From Bdellovibrionales bacterium (GTDB lineage Bacteria; Pseudomonadota; Alphaproteobacteria; UBA9219): a stretch of 64,000 nucleotides of DNA. Below, piece by piece: positions 22,861-32,139 of this stretch. The position numbers and the translations under genes were made by a program. Location of the stretch: NCBI GenBank assembly GCA_040275305.1, contig JBEOJY010000005.1, positions 393-64,392 on the forward strand, written 5' to 3'. Within the stretch, counting starts at the first letter, position 1; each line of letters opens with the position of its first letter. The notes beneath the pieces were generated by a model. The model saw only the letters and a list, made by a program, of their open reading frames with translations, had not been told where the DNA came from and did no database searches.

Positions 22861-24804
22861 ATGAAGAAACTTTTGATCGGGTTGATCTTACTTCCCGTCG
22901 TTTTGATCGCGTTTGTGGCTGTGTTCGTGGCGACGCTTGATCCCAATCATTACCGCGAGCCGTTGACCAAGGCGCTTAGCGAGCAGACTGGGCGCAGAAT
23001 TGAGCTTAATGGCCCTATCACGATTGGCTTGTCGTGGCATGGAATCAGGTTGAGCGTCAGCGATGTCGTCGTTGGGAATCCTGCGTGGGCAAGCCGCCCT
23101 GAGATGGCCAAGATCGGGTCGTTCGAGATGGGGCTGGCTTTGCCGCCTTTGCTGCGCAAGCGGGTTGTTGTGACGGGCGTTACGCTGGCGAAGTCGGATG
23201 TTCTTTTGGAGTCCGCGAGCGGCGATCGCCATAACTGGGATATCAAGTTTTCCAACGCGCAGGGAGGCGGCGCGGGCGGGACTGATTCTCCTGCGATAGG
23301 GGGCGGTTCAGGCGCAAAGTCAGCTGCGCCGATTGCGTGGCAGGTCAATCATTTGGCGGTTATGGATAGCGTGTTCGGGATACGCGATGTGAGCGGCAAG
23401 GTTACGCGGCTTGAGGTCGGTAGCTTGTCGGTCGCGCCGGGGAGCGGCGGCGTAGCGGTGAATTTCGCTGGCAAACTCAATGGCGAGACGCTGCGGATTT
23501 CAGCCAGCACGGACGGCAGCGATTTGTTTGGGAAGGCTATGCGCCCGCTTGCGTTCGATCTCGATTACGCTTCCTATGCGCTCAAGGCGGGTGGCAAGAT
23601 TGGTTTGGATGCGAAGAAGGCTGATTTCGAATCCTACTCGTTTAAATCCGGGGGGTCGGAAGTCCATGGCAAGCTAAGCGCCGAATGGGGCGGAGCGCAG
23701 CCGAAGATTGTGGCGACTGTGTTGAGTTCGCATGTGGCTCCTTCTGATTTTCAAGGCGCGAAGGCTGATTCTGGCGCGGCCGTCGATAGCGGCGGGCAGA
23801 ATGGGGCGGCTTTAGCCCCTGCGCCTGCGCAGGCGGACGTTTCGGGCCGCGTGTTGAGCGATGCGCCGCTAGGGTTTAGCGCTTTGCGGCAGATCGAGGC
23901 CGATGTTGACGTCGATATCGGCGATTTGCTGCTGGGTTCGATGGCGATGACGCAGGTCAAGGCGAAGGTCGCCGTTCATGACGGGCAAATGAATATTGCG
24001 CCCTTGACGGCTGTGGTGGGCGGAGGATCGCTCAATGGGCAGGTTCAGGTCAATGCCGCGACGAGTCCCGCGAAGCTTGGGACGACCTTGATTTTCAAGA
24101 ATGTCGAGCTGGCCGATATGCTGAAGTTCCATGGCGCGGAATCGTTGATACAAGCCAAAGCAGCGGTCGATATCAATCTCACGAGCTTCGGCGAAAGCGT
24201 TCGCGCGCTGGCGGGCAATCTGAGCGGCACTGTTTCGGTGATCAGCGCGGGCGGCGATGTTGTGTCGCGTTCGCAGGAAACGGTTTTGTCGGGACTTGCG
24301 AAACTGCTTGCGCCGGGAACGTCCGGCAATGCCGCGATGAACTGCCTCGTCGCGCGGTTTACGGCTGCTGAAGGCGTTGTGCGCGACAACGGCATTCTGG
24401 TCGATACGGTGGCCACGACGGTCGCGGGGAGCGGCGGGGTCGATTTGAGGAACGAGACGCTCAACTTCACTTTTCGTGCCAAACCAAAGGGCGTGAATGT
24501 CGGGGGGATGTTGCCTCCTGTTCAGATAGGCGGTTCGCTGGCCAAGCCGAGTTATGGCGTTCATGCGGAGTCTGTCATTCGTAACGTGGCGGGCCTGCTG
24601 ATGGGAAATGGTGCGGGCTTGAACGATCCTATCCCCGACGTGGTCGTGCAGGCGGGACAGAACGCTTGTCTTGCCGCTTTGAACAATCCGCAGGCGCGTA
24701 AGACGACGCCGGAAGGAGGAGCGGTACAGGATTTGGCAGGCAAGGCCAATAAGGCGGCGCAGGATATTGGCGGTAAGCTGATGAAGGGCTTGTTCGGGAA
24801 ATGA
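22861..24804 (+). CDS. AsmA-family protein
   Basis: N-terminal anchor, DPNHYR...EQTGR, NPAW...MAKIG; beta-rich body with C-terminal AsmA-like segment. Confidence 0.8.
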   Translation: MKKLLIGLILLPVVLIAFVAVFVATLDPNHYREPLTKALSEQTGRRIELNGPITIGLSWHGIRLSVSDVVVGNPAWASRPEMAKIGSFEMGLALPPLLRKRVVVTGVTLAKSDVLLESASGDRHNWDIKFSNAQGGGAGGTDSPAIGGGSGAKSAAPIAWQVNHLAVMDSVFGIRDVSGKVTRLEVGSLSVAPGSGGVAVNFAGKLNGETLRISASTDGSDLFGKAMRPLAFDLDYASYALKAGGKIGLDAKKADFESYSFKSGGSEVHGKLSAEWGGAQPKIVATVLSSHVAPSDFQGAKADSGAAVDSGGQNGAALAPAPAQADVSGRVLSDAPLGFSALRQIEADVDVDIGDLLLGSMAMTQVKAKVAVHDGQMNIAPLTAVVGGGSLNGQVQVNAATSPAKLGTTLIFKNVELADMLKFHGAESLIQAKAAVDINLTSFGESVRALAGNLSGTVSVISAGGDVVSRSQETVLSGLAKLLAPGTSGNAAMNCLVARFTAAEGVVRDNGILVDTVATTVAGSGGVDLRNETLNFTFRAKPKGVNVGGMLPPVQIGGSLAKPSYGVHAESVIRNVAGLLMGNGAGLNDPIPDVVVQAGQNACLAALNNPQARKTTPEGGAVQDLAGKANKAAQDIGGKLMKGLFGK

Positions 24805-25517
24805 ACGAGCAGGGGCAGAAGCAAGCCATTGTCGCTTATGAGGTTGTTGAAATCGCGGGGGCGCGGTTTGCGTTGCATCGCGACGGGGCTGTTTTGCGCA
24901 GCCCCGGCGGGAAGGATTTCGCCGTGCCCACGAAGGCGCTGGCGGAGGCTGTGGCGCAGGAATGGCGCGCGCTCAAGCGTAATCGGCTTGACCCCGCGAC
25001 GATGCCGCTGACGCGGATGGCCATTTCGGCGCTCGACGGACCAATGGTTTCGCAAGACGAGGCGGCAGAGGCTTTGCTTGGGTTTGCGCAGAGCGATACT
25101 TTGCGGCATCGCGCGCCTGCGTATGAGCCATTGTCAGCGCGGCAGGAGAAAGTTTGGCAGCCTTTGCTCGATTGGTTCGGGGAGCGCTATGGCGTCGAAC
25201 TCGTGCCCGGCGCGGGGATTATGCCGCTCGCGCAGTCCGACGATATGCTTGAAGTCGTGAAGGCGGTTTTGGCCGGGTTCGATCCGTTCGCGCTCGCGGG
25301 GATTGGGCAAGTTTGCCATGTGACGGGCTCTTTGGCGCTGGCGTTGGCTTTGGCGACAGGACACCTTGACGTCGCGCAGGTTTTCGACGCGGCGGAGCTT
25401 GAGGCGCTTTATCAGATCGAGCGCTGGGGCGAGGACGAAGAAGCGCGTTTGCGGCTGGACGGCATTCGTCGCGACCTCGATGATTGTGCGAGGTGGTTTG
25501 GGTTGCTGGCGAGGTGA
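24801..25517 (+). CDS. ATP12-family F1-ATPase chaperone
   Basis: RSPGG, LAEAVAQEW, MPLTR, WQPLLDW and QIERWGED motifs. Confidence 0.88.
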   Translation: MNEQGQKQAIVAYEVVEIAGARFALHRDGAVLRSPGGKDFAVPTKALAEAVAQEWRALKRNRLDPATMPLTRMAISALDGPMVSQDEAAEALLGFAQSDTLRHRAPAYEPLSARQEKVWQPLLDWFGERYGVELVPGAGIMPLAQSDDMLEVVKAVLAGFDPFALAGIGQVCHVTGSLALALALATGHLDVAQVFDAAELEALYQIERWGEDEEARLRLDGIRRDLDDCARWFGLLAR

Positions 25518-25520
25518 TGT

Positions 25521-25678
25521 CTAGCAGTCTGCTGGAAAACGTTCAGGGAGGCGATCATGTTTGCAGAAAAAAAGAAAATGGGATGCCCGCCTTCGTGGGC
25601 ATGACGTTTGTATTAACGGAGAAACTTTTCTCAACAAGCGCTGCGCCCCATTTGTTTTTTTAGCAGATAGACTGCTAG
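25521..25678. mobile_element. MITE family B (CTAG-bounded, ctagcagtctgctg ends) with REP-like hairpin
   Basis: Begins ctagcagtct, ends agactgctag; interior homologous to 41352-41544; right CTAG overlaps the pyrB stop codon. Confidence 0.7.
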
Positions 25679-26730
25679 ATTCGTTTGATCTTGTAAAACT
25701 CCGCGTCGTGGTTGGCGATGGCGTCGGGACGCCACCAGCTTGCGGGTTTGAGCGAGGCCTTGATGCTGCTCTCGACACCGAGCACCATGCAGAACAGCGC
25801 CATGCGGACGGGGATTCCGGCGTCGGTTTGGCGGAAGATGGCGAGGCGCGGATCGCTGTTGTCGAAGTCGTTGCTTAAGTCGTTCGCGCCGGGGCGGCTG
25901 TCGCGCGGCAGGGGGTGCATGATGATCACGTCTTTGGGCGCGGCTCGGTCCGCGAGGTCTTTGGTGATGCGGAAGCTGACGCCTTCATTGGCGGCTTTTT
26001 CGCTTTCCGACATACGTTCTTTTTGAATGCGCGTGGTGTAGAGCAAGTCGGCTTTGGCGAGGCCTTCCTCCAGATTATGCGTTTCCTTGACGGCGTGGCC
26101 TTTCGCGCGCGCGGCTTCGACAAGTTCTTGCGGGATTTCGAGGCCTTTGGGCGCGACCATGGTGAAGGTCAGGCCTTTGTAGAGCGAGAGCAAGCGGATC
26201 AGCGAATGGATCGTGCGGCCATAGCGCAAATCTCCGGCCATCGTGACGTGGCAGCCGTCGAGTTTTTTGTTGAGGCGCTTGAATTCGGTGCGGATGGTAT
26301 AGAGGTCGAGCAGCGCTTGCGTCGGGTGCTCGCCGCTGCCGTTGCCGCCGTTGATGACGGGGATGTTGGTCGAGGCCGCGAACTGGTGGATGGCTTTTTC
26401 CTCGAAGTGGCGCACGACCAATGTGTCCATATAGCCACCGACGACGCGGGCGGTGTCTTCCAGAGACTCGCCCTTGACGACGGAGGAGAATTCGACGCCT
26501 GTCGTGTTGGAAACGGAGCCGCCCAACCGCATGAAGGCCGCGTCGAAACTTAGGCGCGTGCGGGTGCTTGGTTCAAAGAAGATGCTGCCCAACACTGCGC
26601 CACGCAGGACATCGGTTGTCATCTGGCCGCGCGCGACAGGCGCAAGGGTATCCGCATAGCCGTAAAGCTCGTCGAGCAGGGGCATGTCGAACTGGGCGCT
26701 GGAGAGGATATGCTGTCCTTTGAGGCTCAT
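25675..26730 (-). CDS. pyrB: Aspartate carbamoyltransferase catalytic subunit
   Basis: FFEPSTRTRLSF, KGESLED, HPTQALLD, GDLRYGRT and HPLPR motifs. Confidence 0.95.
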   Translation of the reverse strand: MSLKGQHILSSAQFDMPLLDELYGYADTLAPVARGQMTTDVLRGAVLGSIFFEPSTRTRLSFDAAFMRLGGSVSNTTGVEFSSVVKGESLEDTARVVGGYMDTLVVRHFEEKAIHQFAASTNIPVINGGNGSGEHPTQALLDLYTIRTEFKRLNKKLDGCHVTMAGDLRYGRTIHSLIRLLSLYKGLTFTMVAPKGLEIPQELVEAARAKGHAVKETHNLEEGLAKADLLYTTRIQKERMSESEKAANEGVSFRITKDLADRAAPKDVIIMHPLPRDSRPGANDLSNDFDNSDPRLAIFRQTDAGIPVRMALFCMVLGVESSIKASLKPASWWRPDAIANHDAEFYKIKRI

Positions 26731-26842
26731 GGGGCTGCTCCTGATGGCTTGTTGGGCTGATTTTCAGGTTCTTGATAGCAGACCGGGTATTTTTGTACAG
26801 TGTCCGGTGTGTTAACCTTTTGTCTTGGTTTGGAATACTATC

Positions 26843-27928
26843 ATGGCTACTTCATCTGCAGTTTCTGTCGATCGCTTGACCCTTCGTCGGCCCGACGATT
26901 GGCATGTGCATTTGCGCGATGGGGCGATGTTGAGAGCGGTCGCGCCCTTGACGGCGGCGCAGTTCGGGCGAGCCGTTGTCATGCCCAACCTTAATCCTCC
27001 GGTGACCAGCGCGGCGCGGGCGAAGGCTTACCGCGAGGAGATTTTGCGGGCCGTGCCGAAGGGCATGAATTTTCAGCCGCTGATGACGCTTTATCTGACC
27101 GACGATGTGGATGTCGCTGATCTGGAGGCGGGATTCCGTGAGGGCGTGTTTACGGCGGCCAAGCTTTATCCGGCTAACGCGACGACCAATTCCGCTAAAG
27201 GCGTGACGGATGTTCGCAAGCTTTATCCGGCTTTGGAGCGTATGCAGAAGATCGGGATGCCTTTGCTTGTGCATGGCGAGGTGACGGAGGCGGAGGTCGA
27301 TGTTTTCGATCGTGAGAAGATCTTCATCGAGCAGGTTATGGAGCCGCTGCGCAAGGCTTTTTCGGGGCTGAAGGTCGTGTTCGAGCATGTCACGACGGCG
27401 GAAGCTGTGGCCTATGCGCGCGAAGGGCACTCGGCGGGCGGCAAGTTGGGCGCGACGATCACGGCGCATCATCTGTTCCTTAACCGCACGGATATATTCA
27501 GGGGCGGGGTGCGGCCTCATCATTATTGCCTGCCGATTGCCAAGCGCGAGAAGCATCGGCTGGCTTTGATCGAGGCGGCGACTTCTGGCGAGGCGGCGTT
27601 CTTTCTGGGGACCGACTCCGCGCCGCATCCGGTCAAGAACAAGGAATCTTCCTGCGGTTGCGCGGGGGTGTTTACGGCGGCGACCGCGTTAGAGCTGTAT
27701 GCCGAGGCGTTCGATCGGGCGGGCGCTTTGGACAGGCTGGAGGCGTTTGCGAGCCTCAACGGGCCGCGTTTCTATGGGCTTGCGGTTAACGAGGACACCG
27801 TGACGCTGGTTCGGGCAGACTGCCCGGAGCCTGTGCCTGTGGTGACGGAAACGGGAGATTCAGTGGTTACATTCGTTCCGCCGACCGGGAAGGTTGGGTG
27901 GAAGATGGATAAGCAATCCTCAAGTTAA
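26843..27928 (+). CDS. pyrC: Dihydroorotase (homodimeric, E. coli type)
   Basis: DDWHVHLRDG, MPNL, KLYPANATTNS, HGE and LGTDSAPH motifs. Confidence 0.95.
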   Translation: MATSSAVSVDRLTLRRPDDWHVHLRDGAMLRAVAPLTAAQFGRAVVMPNLNPPVTSAARAKAYREEILRAVPKGMNFQPLMTLYLTDDVDVADLEAGFREGVFTAAKLYPANATTNSAKGVTDVRKLYPALERMQKIGMPLLVHGEVTEAEVDVFDREKIFIEQVMEPLRKAFSGLKVVFEHVTTAEAVAYAREGHSAGGKLGATITAHHLFLNRTDIFRGGVRPHHYCLPIAKREKHRLALIEAATSGEAAFFLGTDSAPHPVKNKESSCGCAGVFTAATALELYAEAFDRAGALDRLEAFASLNGPRFYGLAVNEDTVTLVRADCPEPVPVVTETGDSVVTFVPPTGKVGWKMDKQSSS

Positions 27929-28034
27929 CCATATTTGCTGTTTGCCTTTTGGGGCTTTATTCCGGTAGAGTGTGCGCTCGCCAGCACCCCTGGAGGCTGG
28001 TTTTGTTAACGTTTTGAACTTTATGGAGACGACT

Positions 28035-28799
28035 ATGGCGCAAGTTACTGAACTTGCGGCGGAAGCGCGTGATCGGGCCGGCAAGGGGACCAGCCACGCA
28101 ATTCGCCGTCAAGACAAGACACCCGGCGTGATCTATGGCGACAAGAAGCCGCCCGTGATGGTGACGCTCGAAGACAAGGTTCTCGCTCGTTTGCTCGAGC
28201 GCCCTGGATTTTTTACCCATCTGATCGATCTTACCGTCGGTAAGGAAAAGTATCGCGTGATCCCGCGCGACGTGCAGTTCGATCCGGTCAGCGACAAGCC
28301 CTTGCATGTTGATTTTCTGCGCGTTTCGGCTAGCACGCGGATGCGCATCAGCGTTCCCGTCGTGTTCGTCAACAGCGAGAAATCGCCCGGCATCAAGAAG
28401 GGCGGCACGCTCAACATCGTGCATCACGAGATCGAGGTGCTTTGCGCTCCGGATCGTATCCCTGAGAAGTTCGAGATCAGCCTTGAAGGGCTTGAGATCA
28501 ATCATGCCGTGCATTTGAGCGCCTTGAAACTGCCGGAAGGCGTGGCGCTTACGACGCATGAAAAGGACTTCACGATTGTGACGATTGCGGTTCCGTCCGC
28601 CATACGTGCCGAGGCTGAAGAAGCAGCGGCAGCGGCTGCGGCGGCTGCGGCGGCTCCTGTGGCGGAAGGCGCTGCGGCGGCTCCTGCGGCGGCAGGCGGG
28701 GCAGCAGCTCCGGCGGCTGGCAAGGATGCCAAGGCGGCAGGCGGGGCAGCGGCTCCGGCGGCTGGCAAGGCGGATGCCAAGAAGGCTGACAAGAAGTAA
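28035..28799 (+). CDS. rplY: 50S ribosomal protein L25/Ctc with Ala-rich tail
   Basis: PGVIYG, QFDPV, HVDFLR and GIKKGG motifs; ggag RBS. Confidence 0.95.
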   Translation: MAQVTELAAEARDRAGKGTSHAIRRQDKTPGVIYGDKKPPVMVTLEDKVLARLLERPGFFTHLIDLTVGKEKYRVIPRDVQFDPVSDKPLHVDFLRVSASTRMRISVPVVFVNSEKSPGIKKGGTLNIVHHEIEVLCAPDRIPEKFEISLEGLEINHAVHLSALKLPEGVALTTHEKDFTIVTIAVPSAIRAEAEEAAAAAAAAAAAPVAEGAAAAPAAAGGAAAPAAGKDAKAAGGAAAPAAGKADAKKADKK

Positions 28800-28895
28800 G
28801 TTTGAAAATCTAAGGTCGGTTTGGACTGTTTCGTTCGGGCGTGTATGATCCGTTCGGGGCTGTACGGATCGGCCTTATTTTCTTTACAGGCCCTT

Positions 28896-29495
28896 ATGCA
28901 GACATTTTCCCATCTTGTCGTCGGTCTTGGCAACCCCGGTGGAGAGTATGCCGGGACGCGACATAATATCGGGTTCATGGCTGTTGACGCTTTGGCGAAA
29001 AAGTTTGGATGCGCGACGGCTTGGAAGAAGAAGTTTAAGGGATTGGTTGCGGCGTCTTCAGAGCCGAATGTCCTGTTGCTCAAACCTCAGACCTATATGA
29101 ATTTGTCGGGCGAGTCGGTTGCGGAAGCCGCGCGGTTCTATCGGATTGAGCCTGCGCGGATCATCGTGTTCCATGACGATCTCGATCTTCAGCCGGGGCA
29201 GGTCAAGGTCAAGCAAGGCGGAGGGTCGGGCGGACATAACGGGATCAAGTCTATCGACTCGCATTTGGGGCCGGACTATTGGCGCGTGCGGATTGGCATC
29301 GGGCATCCCGGCGTCAAGGGCGAGGCGGTGACGCGGCACGTGTTGGACGGGTTTGCGAAAGCCGACGCGCTGTGGCTTGGGCCGTTGCTGGAGGTTGTCG
29401 TCAAAGAATTTGATCTTATGCTTGAGGGCAAGGCTTCGGAATACGCCAACCGCGTCGCGCGGAAGATGGCGGCGCTTCAGGAGCCTTCGACATGA
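28896..29495 (+). CDS. pth: Peptidyl-tRNA hydrolase
   Basis: GLGNPG, TRHNIGF, KPQTYMNLSG, HDDLD and GGHNG motifs. Confidence 0.97.
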   Translation: MQTFSHLVVGLGNPGGEYAGTRHNIGFMAVDALAKKFGCATAWKKKFKGLVAASSEPNVLLLKPQTYMNLSGESVAEAARFYRIEPARIIVFHDDLDLQPGQVKVKQGGGSGGHNGIKSIDSHLGPDYWRVRIGIGHPGVKGEAVTRHVLDGFAKADALWLGPLLEVVVKEFDLMLEGKASEYANRVARKMAALQEPST

Positions 29496-30193
29496 CTTTG
29501 CTGATCTTCGATTGCGATGGGACGTTAACGGATACAGAGCAATTGCATTCGGAAGTCGATTGCGCGTTTATTGACGCGGCTTATGGCGTCACTTGGGACG
29601 TTCAGGAGATGAACAGGCGGTTTGCGGGCGGAACGTCCGCTGCCGTCGAGCTTGCCTTGTCCGAAGCGATTGGGCGTCCGCTTCCGGGCGATCATCGGGA
29701 CAGGCTTTTCGCCTATAAGAGCGCCGAGTTTCGTAAAAAACTTGCTCCATGCGCCTATGTTCACGAGGCGCTCGCGGCGTTACGGGATTACAGGATGGCA
29801 GTCGCTTCGAACGCGCTGATGCGTATGTTGACGGTCAATCTTGAAGCGGCGGGACTTTATGACCTGTTCGCGCCGCATATCTATTCGAGCAGTATGGTTG
29901 AGCGCCCCAAGCCCGCGCCGGATTTGTTTTTGCACGCGGCGCGGCAGAGCGGAGTTGGCGCGGAAGATTGCCTTGTGATAGAGGACAGCGAGCCCGGAGT
30001 CGCGGCGGCTCGCGCGGCGGGCATGCGTGTGATCGGGTATGCCGGGGGCCAACATTGCTATCCGGGATATGCCGGGGAGAAGCTGAGACACGCGGATGTT
30101 GTGATCGACGATATGCGTAAGTTGCCAGAGGTCGTGAGAGCGCTTGAGGGCGGGGCGAAGCGCGTTAGCCAAGTTTGGCGAAGCGAGAAGTGA
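29492..30193 (+). CDS. HAD-superfamily phosphatase (beta-PGM/CbbY-like)
   Basis: FDCDGTL, ASN, KPAPD and IEDS motifs. Confidence 0.9.
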   Translation: MTLLIFDCDGTLTDTEQLHSEVDCAFIDAAYGVTWDVQEMNRRFAGGTSAAVELALSEAIGRPLPGDHRDRLFAYKSAEFRKKLAPCAYVHEALAALRDYRMAVASNALMRMLTVNLEAAGLYDLFAPHIYSSSMVERPKPAPDLFLHAARQSGVGAEDCLVIEDSEPGVAAARAAGMRVIGYAGGQHCYPGYAGEKLRHADVVIDDMRKLPEVVRALEGGAKRVSQVWRSEK

Positions 30194-30206
30194 TCGGGGA
30201 GATGTT

Positions 30207-31313
30207 ATGGGTTTTCAGTGCGGTATCGTGGGCTTGCCGAATGTCGGCAAATCGACTTTGTTCAACGCTTTGACCGCGACGGCGGCGGCGCAGGCGGCTA
30301 ACTATCCGTTTTGCACGATCGAGCCGAATGTGGGGCGGGTGGCGGTTCCCGATGCGCGGCTCGACAAGCTGGCGGCGTTGGCGCAATCGGCCAAGACTGT
30401 GCCGACGCAGCTCGAATTTGTCGATATCGCGGGGCTTGTGCGCGGCGCGGCGAAGGGCGAGGGGCTTGGCAATCAGTTTCTCGCGCATATCCGCGAGGTC
30501 GACGCGGTGATCCATGTTGTGCGCTGTTTTGAGGGCGGAGACGTTACGCATGTCGAAGGCTCGGTCGATCCGTTGCGCGATGCGGCGACGGTCGAGACGG
30601 AGCTGATGCTTGCCGATCTTGATAGCCTTGAGAAACGGCTGTCCAACACGCAGAAGAAAGCCAAGATAGGAGATAAAGAGTCTCTGGAGCTGTTGAAAGT
30701 GTTGGAACCGTGCGTTGCGGCTTTGCAGGCGGGACAGCCCGTGCGTTCACTTATGCACAACATGGACGCAGCCTCGCGCGAGATGGTGCGGTCGTTGCAG
30801 ATCGTGACATCCAAGCCCGTGCTTTACGTCGCGAATGTTTCCGAGGGCGATGCGGCGAAGGGCAACGCTTTGTCCGCTCTCGTCGCGGAGAAAGCCAAGG
30901 CGGAGGGAGCTGAGTGCGTTGTTATCGCTGCGGCCATCGAGTCTGAAGTTTCCTTGCTAGATACTGAGGCTGAGAAGAAGGAATTTTTATCAGACCTTGG
31001 GCTTGAGGAGCCGGGCTTGAATAAGATAATTCGCGCCGGGTACAAGCTGCTTGGGCTTCTGACATTTTTTACTGTGGGACCTAAAGAAGCGCGGGCTTGG
31101 ACGGTGCGCAAGGGGGCGGCTGCGCCGCAGGCGGCTGGCGTCATCCATACGGATTTCGAGCGCGGGTTTATTAAGGCCGAAACCATCGCCTATGCCGATT
31201 ACATTGAGGCCGGGAGCGAGGCGAAGGCTCGCGAAACGGGCAAGTTGCGGCAGGAAGGCAAAGATTATATGGTCAAAGACGGCGATATTTTTCATTTCAA
31301 ATTCAATGTGTGA
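30207..31313 (+). CDS. ychF: Redox-regulated ATPase YchF
   Basis: GIVGLPNVGKSTLFN, NYPFCTIEPN, DIAGLV and IHTDFERGFI motifs. Confidence 0.97.
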   Translation: MGFQCGIVGLPNVGKSTLFNALTATAAAQAANYPFCTIEPNVGRVAVPDARLDKLAALAQSAKTVPTQLEFVDIAGLVRGAAKGEGLGNQFLAHIREVDAVIHVVRCFEGGDVTHVEGSVDPLRDAATVETELMLADLDSLEKRLSNTQKKAKIGDKESLELLKVLEPCVAALQAGQPVRSLMHNMDAASREMVRSLQIVTSKPVLYVANVSEGDAAKGNALSALVAEKAKAEGAECVVIAAAIESEVSLLDTEAEKKEFLSDLGLEEPGLNKIIRAGYKLLGLLTFFTVGPKEARAWTVRKGAAAPQAAGVIHTDFERGFIKAETIAYADYIEAGSEAKARETGKLRQEGKDYMVKDGDIFHFKFNV

Positions 31314-31335
31314 GCGAAGGGCGAGCAGGTGAGAC

Positions 31336-32061
31336 ATGGCCGGACATTCCCATGCCAAGAACGTGATGCACCAAAAGGGCGTCAGCGACGCGAAGAAGGC
31401 GAAAATCTTCAACAAACTTGCGCGCGAAATTATGGTTGCGAGCAAGCAGGGGTTGCCTGATCCGGCGTTTAATCCCCGTCTTCGAGCGGCGGTATTGGCT
31501 GCGAGGAAGGGTAACCTTCCGCGCGAGCGCATCGACCGCGCGATCAAATCAGGCCAACCCGGAGGCGATGACGGCGCGAATTATGAGGAAGTGCGTTACG
31601 AAGGGTATGGGCCGGGAGGCATCGCTTTGATCGTCGAGGCGCTGACAGACAACCGCAATCGCACGGCTTCGGAACTTCGCACCGCGTTTTCCAAGAATGG
31701 CGGGACGATGGGCGAAAGCGGGTCGGTATCCTATATGTTCGATCGTAAGGGCGTTATCGTTTATCAGGCCAAGGTCGCCACCCCGGATGCTATGCTGGAG
31801 GCCGTTATTGAGGCTGGTGGCGATAATGTCGATTCTGATTCTGACGCTCATGAAATAACATGTCAGGTCGAGGATTTTGGAGCGGTTCGCTCCGCGCTGG
31901 AAGCCAAATTCGGCGAGCCGGAGAGCGCCAAGCTTGATTGGCTGCCCAAGACCGAAACGGCGGTTACTGGTCAGGTTGCGCAGGATTTGGCGCGGCTTGT
32001 GGAGGTTCTCGAAGACAATGACGATGCGCAGAATGTTATTACCAACGCAGCCGATGGGTGA
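31336..32061 (+). CDS. yebC: YebC/PmpR-family protein
   Basis: MAGHS, NPRLR, YEGYGPGG and TDNRNRT motifs. Confidence 0.95.
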   Translation: MAGHSHAKNVMHQKGVSDAKKAKIFNKLAREIMVASKQGLPDPAFNPRLRAAVLAARKGNLPRERIDRAIKSGQPGGDDGANYEEVRYEGYGPGGIALIVEALTDNRNRTASELRTAFSKNGGTMGESGSVSYMFDRKGVIVYQAKVATPDAMLEAVIEAGGDNVDSDSDAHEITCQVEDFGAVRSALEAKFGEPESAKLDWLPKTETAVTGQVAQDLARLVEVLEDNDDAQNVITNAADG

Positions 32062-32079
32062 TTGGGACTTGTCTCTAAT

Positions 32080-32122
32080 AAAAAAAGGGGTCTTGGCTTT
32101 ATGTGGCTAAGACCCCTTTTTT
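32080..32122. terminator. Bidirectional intrinsic terminator
   Basis: aaaaaaaggggtcttggc-loop-gctaagacccctttttt between convergent yebC and the FapF-like gene. Confidence 0.85.
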
Positions 32123-32139
32123 ATGAGGATGTCGATTGG

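Noticed and set aside
28615-28795. GCG-rich low-complexity repeats
   Set aside because: Ala-rich tail of L25, common in alphaproteobacteria; the L9 tail is similar.
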